Notes: generated from the letters alone by a model not told the origin. Counted from the stretch's first letter, positions 49,711 to 62,087 are shown. The stretch: 64,000 nt of DNA from Haliotis cracherodii (GCF_022045235.1 NW_027266268.1:37262001-37326000), one strand, 5' to 3'. Numbers and translations are program-made.

Positions 49711-52700
49711 CTAGATGGGGAAGAGGAAGCGGAGAAAATATTAAGCATCATATTTTCATCAATATGTATATCAGGGAGTGAACAAATGTTGTTTGACGCC
49801 GCAATCAGCAATATTCCAGCTATTGATGCCTGTCTGCATTACGGATCAAATCAGTTATACCAGCAGTGTTCATTTAAGAATTGACCTTCACTTTGTGTGA
49901 GTTCATTGGATTATGAACCTTCATAGAGTGAGGGCCAAACTGTATGAACGTCGGAGCTTGCGACGACGTTCTTACAATGTTAAGCCCTCACTCTATGAAG
50001 GTTCATAATCCAATGAACTCACACAAAGTGAAAGTCAATTCTTATAATTTTTTATCACAATTTCTTACCTCAAAGGATGTAGGCCAATATCTAAACACAA
50101 TTTTATTTAGTACGTGTGACTTCATGTTTACACTGACAGCCAAACAACAACCAGCTATATCGCGGAATAAAATAGTTCCCCAAAAAGAGAGGTGACATGA
50201 GCGAATGGATGCAGAACTTGCTCTTCAAAAACATCTAACGCAACACATGTGTTCATATAATATCCCCATTAGATGAGAAAGGTCTGTAATGAACTACCTC
50301 AGTAAGTCAGTCACAATGACAGCGCGTCGTAATACATTTACATCAAGTACAAGACGTCAAAATGGCCGACACGATAAACGTGACGGGAGGATTTCCGAAG
50401 TTGTTAATGAACCTGTGGCGGTTACATGTGTTAGTCATCATTGATCAACTAACCGATTATTAAAAGGTGATTAAAGATGCGTCAAACAGACACCAAGGTA
50501 AATTCGTAGATTGCTGGATACGGTCACTGTCAGCCCAGACACAGATCGAGTCGATACTGACGATAGTTTGGATGTGCATTTTTTCGTTTGTTCATTAGGA
50601 TGGGCCGTAGCGAGGAAATTCGTAAACAATCATGCAGTCAAGCTCTCTTACGTTTCTCAATGTATACTGAATTGCTGAGACCAAGATTAAAGGTTCTAAA
50701 TGATCAGAAATAATGCTTATGTGTGTTTTCGTGCTAGGGAATTCCCAGGGGTTTCCCCAGGAATGTGGAAGTAGTCCATCAGTGTTTACGTCATTTCAAG
50801 AACACGGTCTCGTGAAAAACGTATGAACGTCAAATTGTGTCGTTCTTACACTTATGAACGTGAATATCGCGGTCATGTGACATACCTCTCGTCCAATGCA
50901 AAAGCCGTATATCGTGTAAACGTCAAATTAAAAAATTATTTTAGTAACAATGTTCTCATAACACTATCGCTATGGATGTTGTTTAACACAGATGTTGTTT
51001 GTTGTTTGTAAGACACATCGTCAACCATGGCACGTCAACAAGTATCGTACCAATTACTTTCGTTCTCCCAACGTCGTTTGTAAAATTATACAAACGTAAA
51101 TTATTAAGTAAAAGTATGTGGATATATATATTATAATTAATTGCGAGTTTGGTCAAAAATTACTAAATACCTTTGCCAGTTCTATCAGATCAACGTGGTC
51201 GTCGTCTGAAATATGAAATGGAAATGAAATTAATTTTCTCAACCCCAAATGAATTTAAGATTCCAATTTTCTGTTGTAGCTTGCATTATTAGATAACGTG
51301 AAAGGATTACGCGGTAAAATAGATAACAGTGACAACGGGGATGCGCAAGAACAACGGGGGAGTCGCTTGAATAACAGGAATTACTTGCAGAGTGAGTATG
51401 GTTTTAGGCCGCGTTTAGAAATAGTCGCGCAAAATCACTGCAGGGGAAACAAAAACTCACACATGTTTCCACGTAGGGAGTCGACCTTAGGGGAACGCTT
51501 TACCCTCTGGCCTACCCACCGTAACCACTTTGCGGGAGTGCTAAGAATTTAGGACAAAACGCGCGTTGATTTTGCTTTATGCAGACAATCATCAATATTC
51601 TTGACACAACACTTCTTCTGAGCATTGAAACGAGATGTTGTATTTACTTATACTACGGTTAACAAAGTGATCACGTGACTCACGGTTAGCGTTATACATC
51701 CTATAAAGATGGCTGGTATCGACGCTGGTGATCTTGTTGTCATGGTTACTGTCAATGCCACGGAACAGAGCGTCGGCCTGGGCCTTGTTTCCAAAATTCT
51801 CCTTGGTCCAGCCAGCCTCGAACTCAGCCTTCGACACAGCGTTGTCCTCTGAACAAAACAGACACGTGAAGATGCGGGTCTTCAGCCACCCATGCTTGCC
51901 GTAACTGGTGACTATGCTACAGGTGGTCAGGCTCTCGGACTTGATGATTGTCATCGTATCCCAAATTCGTAGATCGATGCTCATGATATCAATCACTTGA
52001 TTGTCTGGTCCAGACTCGATTATATATAGACCGCCGTCATATAGCTGGAATATTGCTGAGTGCGACGTTAAACAACAAACAAACACCTCACATGAGAATC
52101 GAAAGCAGGTATTCGGCGTGACGAGCGACCGTTCTGACTCCTAAACTGTCCCAACGCTCGGACCATGCCTCACGCCAAAGTTAACGGACAAACAAAACTG
52201 TATTAGTTTCACATTACCATGAAATTTTTGATGGAAAAAATAAACCCGAAATACTTACTGTCAGTGTCGAACGGCTTAAACAGTTTTGTAAATTCAGCTG
52301 TGGACAAGTGTTCATCCTTGTTATTGTCCGCACGTGTGAAGAGGACAGCGAAGGCGGACTCCTTGTATATCTTAACAAGCGGACGGATATTTACATCACA
52401 GTATTATTACAGACAGACAAACAGACAGACAGACACAGAAACAGACAGTTTATTCAGTATTCAAGGCCATATGGCCCATAGTGCAGTTCAGTTTCAACAG
52501 ATACATAACAATCAACGTGATCTTAACATAGTATAATATATTCACCTGAGTCTAAATACATGTTTCAAATACAATGCTAAAGATTTGATAACGTCTTCAT
52601 TGGTCGAATTCAACGAATTGATCATCCGTTGATTGTCTTTGTGTGTTATGTCTAAATTAGGTAGAAACTTTAATCTCAACGTTTTATATTTTTCACATAT

Positions 52701-55448
52701 AAAAAGAACATGAAACTCGTCTTCAATCTCCTTGTTGGTACAGTTAGAACATATATAATTTTCAAAATCACTGTCCTTGGTTCTACGATATTTATTGACA
52801 AAGAAGTTGTGGAGAGATATTCTAAATTTACACAGAGCTTTCAATTGAGTTTTATCTTGTAATATGCTTAAATATTTTAATGATTTAATACCAGCATAAT
52901 GCTTGAGAAAGTGTTAAGAGGAAACTTGTTAGTGCCAGTTTTGATGAAATATGTCTAATAATATGCATTCTACACCCCAAACATCGCTTAACAAGGCAAG
53001 TAATTTTTCATATCCATCTTTTCAAGTTAACGCTTTCTTAATAGCCACAGTTGTTAGACACTCACTCACGCACTCGCCTATGAGTGATACTATAGGGGAT
53101 CATTTATTTGAATATCATTTTGTACTATTCCTAATGGCGTCACCCTTCGTATATAATCTAAGAGACACTCACATCTTGCCACTTGTGATTAAATTCTTCA
53201 CCAGAAACTTTGCCATTTCCTGTTAGAATAAAAAGGTATTCTCCTTAAAAACTGTTTTGAGCATTGTCACTGTTATAAGATGCTTTTTCAGCTCCTGAAT
53301 GAAAGCAAGTCACGAACAAGTTACAACGATAGCGATATATGGATGACTCGCTGACCTGGTTGATGCATGTCTTCGTATCCCACTTGCGGAGATCAATGCG
53401 CATGATGCCAATAACTGGATTGTCTGGTCCGGACTCGGTTATTTACAGCCCGCAATCATATAGCTGGAATATTGCTGGGTGTCGAGTAAGACAACAAACA
53501 AACAAAAATCCACGAACACCACCACTTATGACAAAGAATTTGTGTACGCACCGTCAACGTCGAACCTGCTGTAGAGAATGGTGAGGTCTTTGTGGTCGAT
53601 GACGCCGTCGGCATTGAGGTCGGCAAGCACAAAGTACGCATTGGCCAGCCCCTTCGAGAAGTGGGTGATGGCCATCCACGTCGGTACAAACTCAGCAGGC
53701 GTTACATCTCCGTCACCTAAACGGTCAAGGTCAAATTAGTATTCGGGGTCAAGTTCAGGGTCAAGTTCAGTGTCAAGGTCAGGGTCAAGGTCAAGTTAGA
53801 ATTAAATACAGTAAACTACGGTTATAACGAACTCGAAGGGACCAATAATCTAAGTTCGTTATAACCGTAGTCTGTTATAAACATATATACAACATACATA
53901 CAGCAAATGGACGGGATCAAAACACATTTCGTTATATTCGTTATAAGCGTGTTCGTTATAAACGTAGTTTACTGTACACATAAACGTTGCAATATTATTT
54001 CAGAAAATACGGATGATGACTTTGCTCAGAACTAAACGAATCCTGGCAATCTGGAATGACACATACTAATGAACAAAGGTTAGCGATTTTAACGTCATTG
54101 TCAAATGTACACAAAACACTGAAGACGCTAAATGATGACAACTACCTTCATTCTGTCAATTATACGTGTCGGTACATTTGTTATCGTTGGTCCAGTATGT
54201 CGTCGTTAAATAGACGGGACATTTACTTTTTATGCAGATTGTGTGAGTGGAGGGTGTACTACCGGTAGAGCAGGACATGCTTACCCTTTTCGCGAACACC
54301 TGGTGTCATCAGTTATTTTCAGTAATCCATCCATATAATTTCCACAGATATGTTGCCTTTATGCCAAGTGGAATCTATTACGGCAGACAGCTAGGCTGGT
54401 TATTCTCTTGCAATGACAATTTACATGTGTTTCATGTGGTTCCAGAAGTACAGTTTGTCATGAACTTACCATTGGCATCGAACCCCTTGAATATGTCGTC
54501 AAGCTCGGTTTGTGTAATTGTCCCATCTAGGTTCTTGTCTGCTTTTAAGTACAGTAGATTAATCAGCCCGAACATGTCCAGGTCTCTGGAAGTCCAACAG
54601 AAAATCAGCAGGTTTCATATCCTCATTTGATCAATATATTCATGTTCTGTCAGAGGTGAGGTGAGGTGAGGTGAGGTGAGGTAAGGTGAAATGGGGTTAA
54701 CGTCGCGTCCAAGATTATTGCACTTATATAGCGACGTGCATGTACGTGTGTGTGTTTGTTTGGCTGCTTGTACTAGTCCGGACTGATGCCGATTTATAGT
54801 GCTAGCCCACTGAGATACCATGCCGCAGTTTAACATGAATACCTCACTCAGACACAGTATACTGACTCCAAGCCGACCAGTCCTTGTTTTAGCCCATTAA
54901 TGCCGAGCGCCAGACAGGGTAACAACAAGTAACATCTTTCAACGTCTTTTGGTATGACGCGGCCGGGGATCGAACCCCGGACCTTCCGCTCCCCAGGCGG
55001 ACGCTCTACCATTAGACCACGGAGGCGGTCTGTTCTGTCAGAGGTTTTATATCCTTCCATAACACTCGAACAACCATGCGAAAATCTGGCAATTCATCTA
55101 CTGTGTCAAACTCAGTGTGTTTCATTAGTGTTTCATTGGTGTTTGAAGGGAAGGAATGATGGAATTAGGGGAAACATTAAATTCACAAGTACCGTATGGC
55201 GTTTTATTGTGAATGGTTTACCCTAAATTCCAAAACAATAATAGGACGTAAAATTTATTTATTACCGCCCAATCTCATGAGATATTTCACTTAAAGATAT
55301 TATTAATTAATTTAACATATAGGATCATACCTTCAGTCGCTTATTCAATTGTTTTTTAAAACACAGAGATCTAATGTTTGTTCACTTACTTGTTTTGACA
55401 AAGACTCAGGGGCATCAAACATACAAATAGTAGACCGAGCTTCAACAT
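49684..55448 (-). CDS. Gene D: secreted 8-EF-hand calcium-binding protein (~241 aa), tandem doubling of the A/B/C module
   Basis: Exons 55448-55390, 54585-54470, 53716-53552, 53219-53173, 52370-52259, 51848-51684, 51205-51171, 49710-49684 (GT-AG, phases 2/1/1/0/1/1/0): MLKLGLLFVCLMPLSLC-QNKDLDMFGLINLLYLKADKNLDGTITQTELDDIFKGFDANGDGDVTPAEFVPTWMAITHFSKGLANAYFVLADLNADGVIDHKDLTILYSRFDVDGNGKVSGEEFNHKWQDIYKESAFAVLFTRADNNKDEHLSTAEFTKLFKPFDTDKDNAVSKAEFEAGWTKENFGNKAQADALFRGIDSNHDNKITSVDTSHLYRMYNANHDDHVDLIELAKISLLAGHL*. Possible upstream ATG|GT exon at 56659-56657. The last exon is less certain (read-through stop at 51153). Confidence 0.85.
49875..51136. mobile_element. Hairpin-terminal non-autonomous element P3 (last intron of gene D)
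   Basis: ~170-bp hairpin 49875-50044, TTATAA junction, degenerate inverse at 51117-51136; right end approximate. Confidence 0.65.
51171..51205 (-). CDS. Gene D exon (EF8)
   Basis: catatttcag|AC-DDHVDLIELAK|gtattt. Confidence 0.75.
51684..51848 (-). CDS. Gene D exon (EF6-EF7)
   Basis: ttttgttcag|AG-DNAVSKAEF...DSNHDNKITSVD...YNAN-C|gtgagt. Confidence 0.88.
51865..52085 (+). mobile_element. SINE-like family D copy (intron of gene D)
   Basis: Consensus match. Confidence 0.75.
52259..52370 (-). CDS. Gene D exon (EF5)
   Basis: ttgttaag|IYKESAFAVLFTRADNNKDEHLSTAE...FDTD-A|gtaagt. Confidence 0.85.
52410..52950 (-). mobile_element. 3' end of L2/Crack/Daphne-group LINE (intron of gene D)
   Basis: ALCKFRISLH..ICSNC..EIEDEFHVLFICEKY..LR; AATAAA and (TCTG)n tail. 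Confidence 0.7.
53173..53219 (-). CDS. Gene D exon (EF4)
   Basis: ttctaacag|GA-NGKVSGEEFNHKWQD|gtgagt. Confidence 0.85.
53552..53716 (-). CDS. Gene D exon (EF2-EF3)
   Basis: cgtttag|GT-DGDVTPAEF...DLNADGVIDHKD...FDVD-G|gtgcgt. Confidence 0.88.
53809..53974. mobile_element. Same MITE family (intron of gene D)
   Basis: TA|CAGTAAACTACG...CGTAGTTTACTG|TA. Confidence 0.8.
54470..54585 (-). CDS. Gene D exon (EF1)
   Basis: acttccag|A-DLDMF...DKNLDGTITQTE...FDAN-G|gtaagt. Confidence 0.88.
54654..55030 (-). mobile_element. SINE family C copy (intron of gene D)
   Basis: TSD tgttctgtcagagg. Confidence 0.85.
55390..55448 (-). CDS. Gene D signal-peptide exon
   Basis: ttgtttcag|ATG LKLGLLFVCLMPLSLCQN-AA|gtaagt. 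Confidence 0.85.
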
Positions 55449-55672
55449 CTGAAACAATAATTCATTTTGAAGACTAAACTCAGGGCGGAAAGACAGAAAT
55501 ATATATTGATAAATGTACTGTGTTTTATTTTAAACGATCATTTATAAACAGTGGAAATAATCTTAGTTGTCTACCACTGTGCTCAGAGTGCTCATCTGTG
55601 TCCAGTATGCAAATTTACCCATGACAAAAATCATAACTTATTTTTGGATAGTGACATTCCAAAGAGTTGTAA

Positions 55673-56053
55673 GAGTGAGTGAGTGAGTGAGTATGGTTGT
55701 ACGCAACCTTTAGCAATATTCAAGCAATAATACGACAGTTGACACCAGAGTTGGGCTTCACACATAGTGGCATTCCAAGGAGTTAAAAGAGAGAATGAGT
55801 GATTGAATATGGTTTTTCCGCCACTTTTAGCATTATTCCGACAGTTGACACCAGAGTTTGGCTTCACACATAGTGACATTCCACAGACGTGAAAGAGTGA
55901 GTGAGTGAATATGGTTTTACGCCACTTTTAGCAATATCACGACAGTTGACACCAGAGGTGGGCTTTACACATGGTACCAATGTAGGGAATTGAACCCCAT
56001 GTTTTCGGCGTGACGAGCGAACGCTTAAACCACAAGGCTACCCTACCGCCCCA
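55673..56053 (-). mobile_element. SINE family A copy with its 3' portion tandemly triplicated
   Basis: Head at 56053-55990; three repeats of gagtgagt..ttagca..gacagttgacaccagag..ggcttcacaca. Confidence 0.7.
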
Positions 56054-58773
56054 TATGCTACACAACAATGCATAAGTGGATACTCCAGATGAACAGCGTT
56101 GAGCTGAGACATGATAGATAAATGTTGTACTTACAACTTGCAAGTGTGCCTACTCCTACTGCGAGTGACTCAATCACAGTTTCAGTGAAATTGTTAACAT
56201 AATACTGACAAAATCCAAGTTTCATGCATGAACTGATATGCTAAAAAGTTAAAACACACGTTAGGCTGATTTCATTACTGATTATTTTCGGTGATCCATT
56301 CATTTGTATCACTGGTTTGCCCCTTGCGGTGGAGTCTGTTCGGCAGATGATCGAGATGGTTGACGTTGTATATTTACAATTATACACAAGTCGTAATACA
56401 AAGTTCATTCTCAGTTTAAGGACCCGCTGTGGGACAGGGGAGGCCACTGTACTTTGTCATGCTACATTTAAACATTAACCATTTGTTGAAAACGTACGAA
56501 TATTTTGTAATAAATGTCAATGAAATCTCAAATATGTCTGTTATAAAAATCAAATAAAGTTAGCAAGGTGACAATTGTTTCGCTTTTGGTATAAAACAAC
56601 TATTTCTCTATGTTTCATATAACATAACTAAACGTTCTTTTTTAACGAACACCTACCATGGCGAAGGAGCTTTATACCAATGGGAAGATATCTGCGCAAC
56701 AAGCTATTAGGCTATCTGAGGAACGAAGAGATAGGGACGACCATATGCTAGGTTCCCTCCGCTCTATGTCAAACAGGTGATAAGGGATAAGCTGAAAAAA
56801 ACATCCAAGCGCTTCAAACAACCTGACATGTACAATGAAGTGTATATTGATATCATGCGTGATCGGACTTTGTAGCAAATGCATAAACATCCACCACTGC
56901 TAAACGAAATTACAAGAAATCGGAGTGAACACAGCGTTTGGGGATAGCAGGTATTCATCTGCAAGGAAGCAATCCATTCTAATTTGACACCGATGTCACG
57001 CGGCACGTGGAGCCAATCACCATCGAGGTTTATAAGTATCCGCCGTAGAAGGTTGTGTTCTAGGGGATACTTCGTCTTGACTTCTACATACGACACAAGT
57101 CCGTCTGTGGGTCCACAACGATTTTATTGAGACATAGTTACAAAGTGTAGCTCTGACACTTAGCCTCTACTGCCCAGCACTGCTGGTTCGCAATCATAGA
57201 TATGTCTTATCAACATATCTTACATTCCTGACCATGGTCCCAAAAAGGTTATACCTCCGGACAGCAGTACCGTGTCTGCAATCCCCAATGTTATCAACGC
57301 AGTGACCATCAGGATGGCGGTCATTTTAAAAATGGGATTCACACCTCGTGGGACACTGGGGTGTCATCATCAATGGAAACACCCATGTGAAATTTGTACA
57401 GCGGTTTAACCAGAAACAACTGAGAATCGCTGTGGTGGGGAAGACATTGAGCAACGAATAGCTCTTGCTATAGGAAAAGATCAGGACAGTGTTCTGACAC
57501 TGTGAGGTGACATGAATGCTAGAACTGGTAACTTAAATTACTTCATTGAAGATGATTCTCTTGCCCATCTACCTATTGATGAGGACACTTCCTGCCCTGT
57601 TGAATTTGCCCCACCTGTACGTGCAAACAGGGACAGCGCTATTAACAATTATAGTTGACAATTCGTCGAAATATGTAGATTGTTTTAAATAAAATAAATC
57701 TTTTTATTGTCAATGGAAGATTGTCAGACGCTTCAGGAGCTTTTACTTTCACAGTGGCAAATGGTTACAGCATCCCAGACCCCATGTGTATTTCAACAAA
57801 CACACGCACCGATTCAGTTCATCTCCCTCTTTCCTTAACTTTGAAATTATTTAGAGAAGGTGTTAGGGATTGCAATCATGTTAATGTTATGTGAACCTCT
57901 TATCTACAGGATTTGAGAGAGTGAAGTATATGGAATGTTACATTTAAACAAACATTCGCTGAACAGTTTCAATCAGTTTTTACTCTTGAGCAGTTTGACA
58001 GGTTTACGGAAACAGTTTGCGAAAACACAGACACTGTTGTAGTTAGTCCTGTCGATATTTTGAAATCCATTGGATCACTGTTAAAAAATCTCAAACCGAG
58101 TACACTCGGGAACATTACAGCCTGGGTGGTTTGATCACGATTGTGTTGATTTAAGAAGTATTAAATATATACTTCTAAACGTGTTCCGAGTTAGCCAAAA
58201 TAGAAAAAAAAACCTGCTTCTGTATAAACAAGAAAGAAATAGCTTTAAGAATATATGCCTTAAAGCTGTAGACTTAAAATTAAATGTTAGTAGCAAATTA
58301 GTTCAAGCAGCTGACACACGCGACTGTAAAAGGTTGTGGAAATTAGTTGAGAAAGATTCAAACAAGTCGTTCACGAGTAATACTCACCAGTTGCTGTTGT
58401 CAGGAACACTTTAATAATCTGCTAAACCAACAGATGAACAAGGAGATAAAGGCAAAACAGACGACCCTAACAACTATAGAGGAATCTCATTACACGATGA
58501 GTAAGATATTTCCATATATACTAAATAAGAGACTGGATACTTTCCAAGGAGAAAAAGACATTATTGGAGAATACCAAGGTGTGTTCCGAAAAATATCATT
58601 CCACTGTGGACAATATATTCATTTTTACAGGCATAAGTACAGAAACACATTACACGTGAAAAGGACAAATTTTACTGCGCTTTCGTAGACTTTTAGAAAG
58701 CATTCGATGACCTATAATAATGTACCACATAAGACTGCCAGCACCTATAAATATCTGGGTCTAATGATAGCTA

Positions 58774-58947
58774 GGGATGGTCGGGTAGCCAAGTGGTTAA
58801 AGCGTTCGTTCGTCACACCGAAGACCCGGGTTCGATTCCCGACGTGGGTGCAATGTGCAAAACCCATTTTTCGTGTCCCCCGCCGTGATATTGGTGGAAT
58901 ATTGCTAAAAGCGGCGAAAAACCATACTCACTCACACACTCACTCAC
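58774..58947 (+). mobile_element. SINE family A copy nested in decayed LINE
   Basis: TSD ctaatgata. Confidence 0.8.
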
Positions 58948-59199
58948 TAATGATAACTCCTCAGCTAATCTGGACTATAGCTTCTAATATCCCTACAAAT
59001 CGGGCACGCAAAGCACTGTATACTATTAAAATACTTGTGCCCGTGTTATAGAATAAAATACGATACATGTAATGGGAAATACTAAATAGGGCATCACATA
59101 ATTACAATCTGCTGTTATAGTTACGACTTTGGACATCCCAGGGAGTGGCGATGAGGAAGCGTTTATCTTTGTTCTGAAACAACGTATTCTTGATTGTGC

Positions 59200-59471
59200 C
59201 TGGTCTAGTGAGCGGAAGATGTAGTGTTCGATCCCTGGCCGCCTCATACCAAAGGACTTTAGTACTCGGCATTAAAGGGCTAAAACAAAGACTGTGTCTG
59301 AGTGTGGTATTCATGTTAAACTGCGGCATGGTATCTCAGCGGACTAGCACTATAAATCAGCATCAGTTCGGACTAGTACAAGCAGCCACACACACACACG
59401 TACATGCACGTCTCTATATAAGTGCAATAATCTTGGACACGACGTTAAACCCCATTTCACCTCACCTCACC
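59200..59471 (+). mobile_element. SINE family C copy, internally deleted
   Basis: Homology to family; (CACCT)n tail. Confidence 0.75.
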
Positions 59472-60213
59472 TTGATTGTGCTAAAAAACTGGCATTCACT
59501 TCTTATAGAAAACCGATCACTTATATTTTATTCAACCATGAAATCAAAATATCAAGGTACTTATTTACACAAAGCCCGGGTTAAAATATAGGAGTGGATA
59601 TGATGCATTTAGAGGTCAAAACGCACGTATAGGTAAATGTAATGTAGGTGATGAAGACTCTCTCTGCTCGCACTGTTAATGTCTAGATGGTGAAAAACAT
59701 GTTTTCTTTCTATATCCTCTGTATACTAATGCACGTACTCGATGTAAAGTTTTAACAAACAACAAAACCCATGATATGCCTATTATCATTTGTAAAAGAC
59801 TTGAGAATATATTTCATTTGTCAACGTATATGTACATTGTGTTTAAAATTAGAACGCAAATGTAATGTAATCCAATAACATGATGCGTGTGCAATGTAAT
59901 ATAATTGTATACTATACGTGTATGTAATATTGGTCATATTGCCTTAAAAACAATACACTGACTGAATTACATTTTTAAACCGAAGGAAACTATTTAAACA
60001 TTGTAGTTTAGCGCAAAGAATATTGAAGTCAGTTCTTAAATATCCACACCGATGTCCATCTATGGGTTTTTTAACCGGGGTAAACATTTCAATGTGTACA
60101 AGTGCAGTTAAAAGAGTAATCCTGAAATAAATACTAAAGGTGTATGTCCACTCTATTCTTTTGTCACTGAGAGATTTGAATTGTAAATGACTCAACAACT
60201 TTCGCACTGTCAC

Positions 60214-60214
<1 letters not shown>

Positions 60215-60251
<37 letters not shown>

Positions 60252-60415
60252 TACAGATTTATATAGCGCTGGTATCCAGTTCGTAGAACTGCTCAAAAGC
60301 GCTTCATTTAAGTCTACACAAACAAGAGACATTACACAGCTAGGAAAACAAAAAGCCTCAATCCTCCAAGAAAGATTTGGTGAAAAGATAAGTTTTGAGT
60401 CTTGATCGGAACACG
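60215..60415 (-). mobile_element. L2-clade LINE 3' tail
   Basis: FRSRLKTYLF then AAGCGCTTTTGAG..GCGCTATATAAAT and (TTA)n. Confidence 0.7.
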
Positions 60416-61229
60416 TGATATTATTGATGGATACTCCGTTTGTCGTTATTTGTCAACACCAGTACATGCATTTTGTACTGTAGTTTCTTTGTGAGATGTA
60501 TAGCAACAGATATTTTGGTATATTAATGAATACCTTTCATTTTGAAATAAAATATTGTAACTCACGGCCGCATTACTGGAAACCGATAAGCCTGTTATCA
60601 GAATAAAGGAAATATTCGAATTTTTCAGATATTATTATCATTTTTGCATGCTAAGTTCAAGATATATATGTATCAACTCTGAATAACAATGTTTTCGCTA
60701 CTGTAAATTTCCCTACCATATCACATGGCTGTTTCGATCAAAGTGCTCGAGTCCTATTTGCATCATCTGTAAACATGCGCAGGAGGGAGGTACACATGCT
60801 ACGGGAGAAGAACAAATATATTCTTGTGGGTTCTACACACACCAGCCACACCTGTTGAGAGCCATGGAGGTCCTTGGTAAAGTAAGTGATGCTAGTTATT
60901 TCTTTCCTAAGGATTTTATCAAATTCTTGTATATTCCAATCTTAGATGTGACAAAATGTCTTTTTAATATATGGAAGTATTCAAACATGTCCATGACAAT
61001 TCTTCTTTGACAATTCTTTGTTTTGATCGAATCCTAGATTCGCCTGATAACGTCAGCATCATGTACCCGTGCTAACAATTTTCACCAATGTGGCAAAGAC
61101 CAGCATTACTTCGGGGTTTCCACCCAAATCAAGCTCACGTACCGTGATAAAACTGAAATGCTCACTTAAACTCACTTACGCTTTGTTTTGATTTACCAGA
61201 GACATTTGACTTTTACTCACTCATCCAAG

Positions 61230-61585
61230 AGACCGCCTCTGTGGTCTAGTGGTAGAGCCTCCGCCCGGAGAGCGGAAGTTCCGGGGTTCGATCCCCGGCC
61301 GCGTCATACCAAAAGACGTTGAAAGATGGTACTTGTTGTTACCCTGTCAGGCGCTCGGCATTAAGGGGCTAAAACAAGGACTGGTCGGTTCGGAGTTAGT
61401 ATAATGTGTCTGAGTGGAATATTCATGTTAAACTGCGGCATGGTATCTCAGTGAGCTAGCACTATTAATCGGCATCAGTCCGTACTAGTACAAGCAGCCA
61501 CACAAACACACACACGTCCATGCACGTCGCTATATAAGTGCAATAATCTTGGACGAAACGTTAAACCCCATTTCACCTCACCTCA
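61230..61585 (+). mobile_element. SINE family C copy
   Basis: Full length; TSD catccaag. Confidence 0.85.
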
Positions 61586-62087
61586 CACATCCAAGCGTCT
61601 GTAGACATTAATGTGTGGATCATTTATTGTATATCAATAAAAGCGACAAAACAAATATATATCAACAAGAAATGTACAGTCAGTTGTACAGTTCCGACGA
61701 TGCATGTGTTTGTGAATCACTATAAAATATTGAAGATACAGATCGTTCGCAAAACGGTGAAACATACAAAGGCAAGTCAATCGTTCACCTGAGAAAACAC
61801 GGGAACATATGGCACAAGCCAAAATAGGGAACTGACATCATTTTTGTCACTGATGCGTTGAAGTTGCAAATGCCCTTTAAATGTCAAAGGCTGTGACACC
61901 AAAGGCTGAAGCTGTTGGAATATTGCTCGACATGAAGGGAAAGTTGACTTTTGGAAAGAAGTCATCCCTCTTGTCCTACCGTCTTGTGGAGATATGTATG
62001 CAACGATCTAATTCAGTTGAATGGAATTGGCTATTTGACCGTTCGTGAACGATATCAGGTCATCGATACGTCTTAAGTCTAAGTATT

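Larger units (their letters stand above)
57430..59945 (+). mobile_element. Heavily decayed APE-type LINE (endonuclease plus RT remnants), interrupted by two SINEs
   Basis: GDMNARTG, YRGIS, ILNKRL, EYQGVFRK, FVDF*KAFD, YKYLG motifs in broken frames. Confidence 0.65.
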
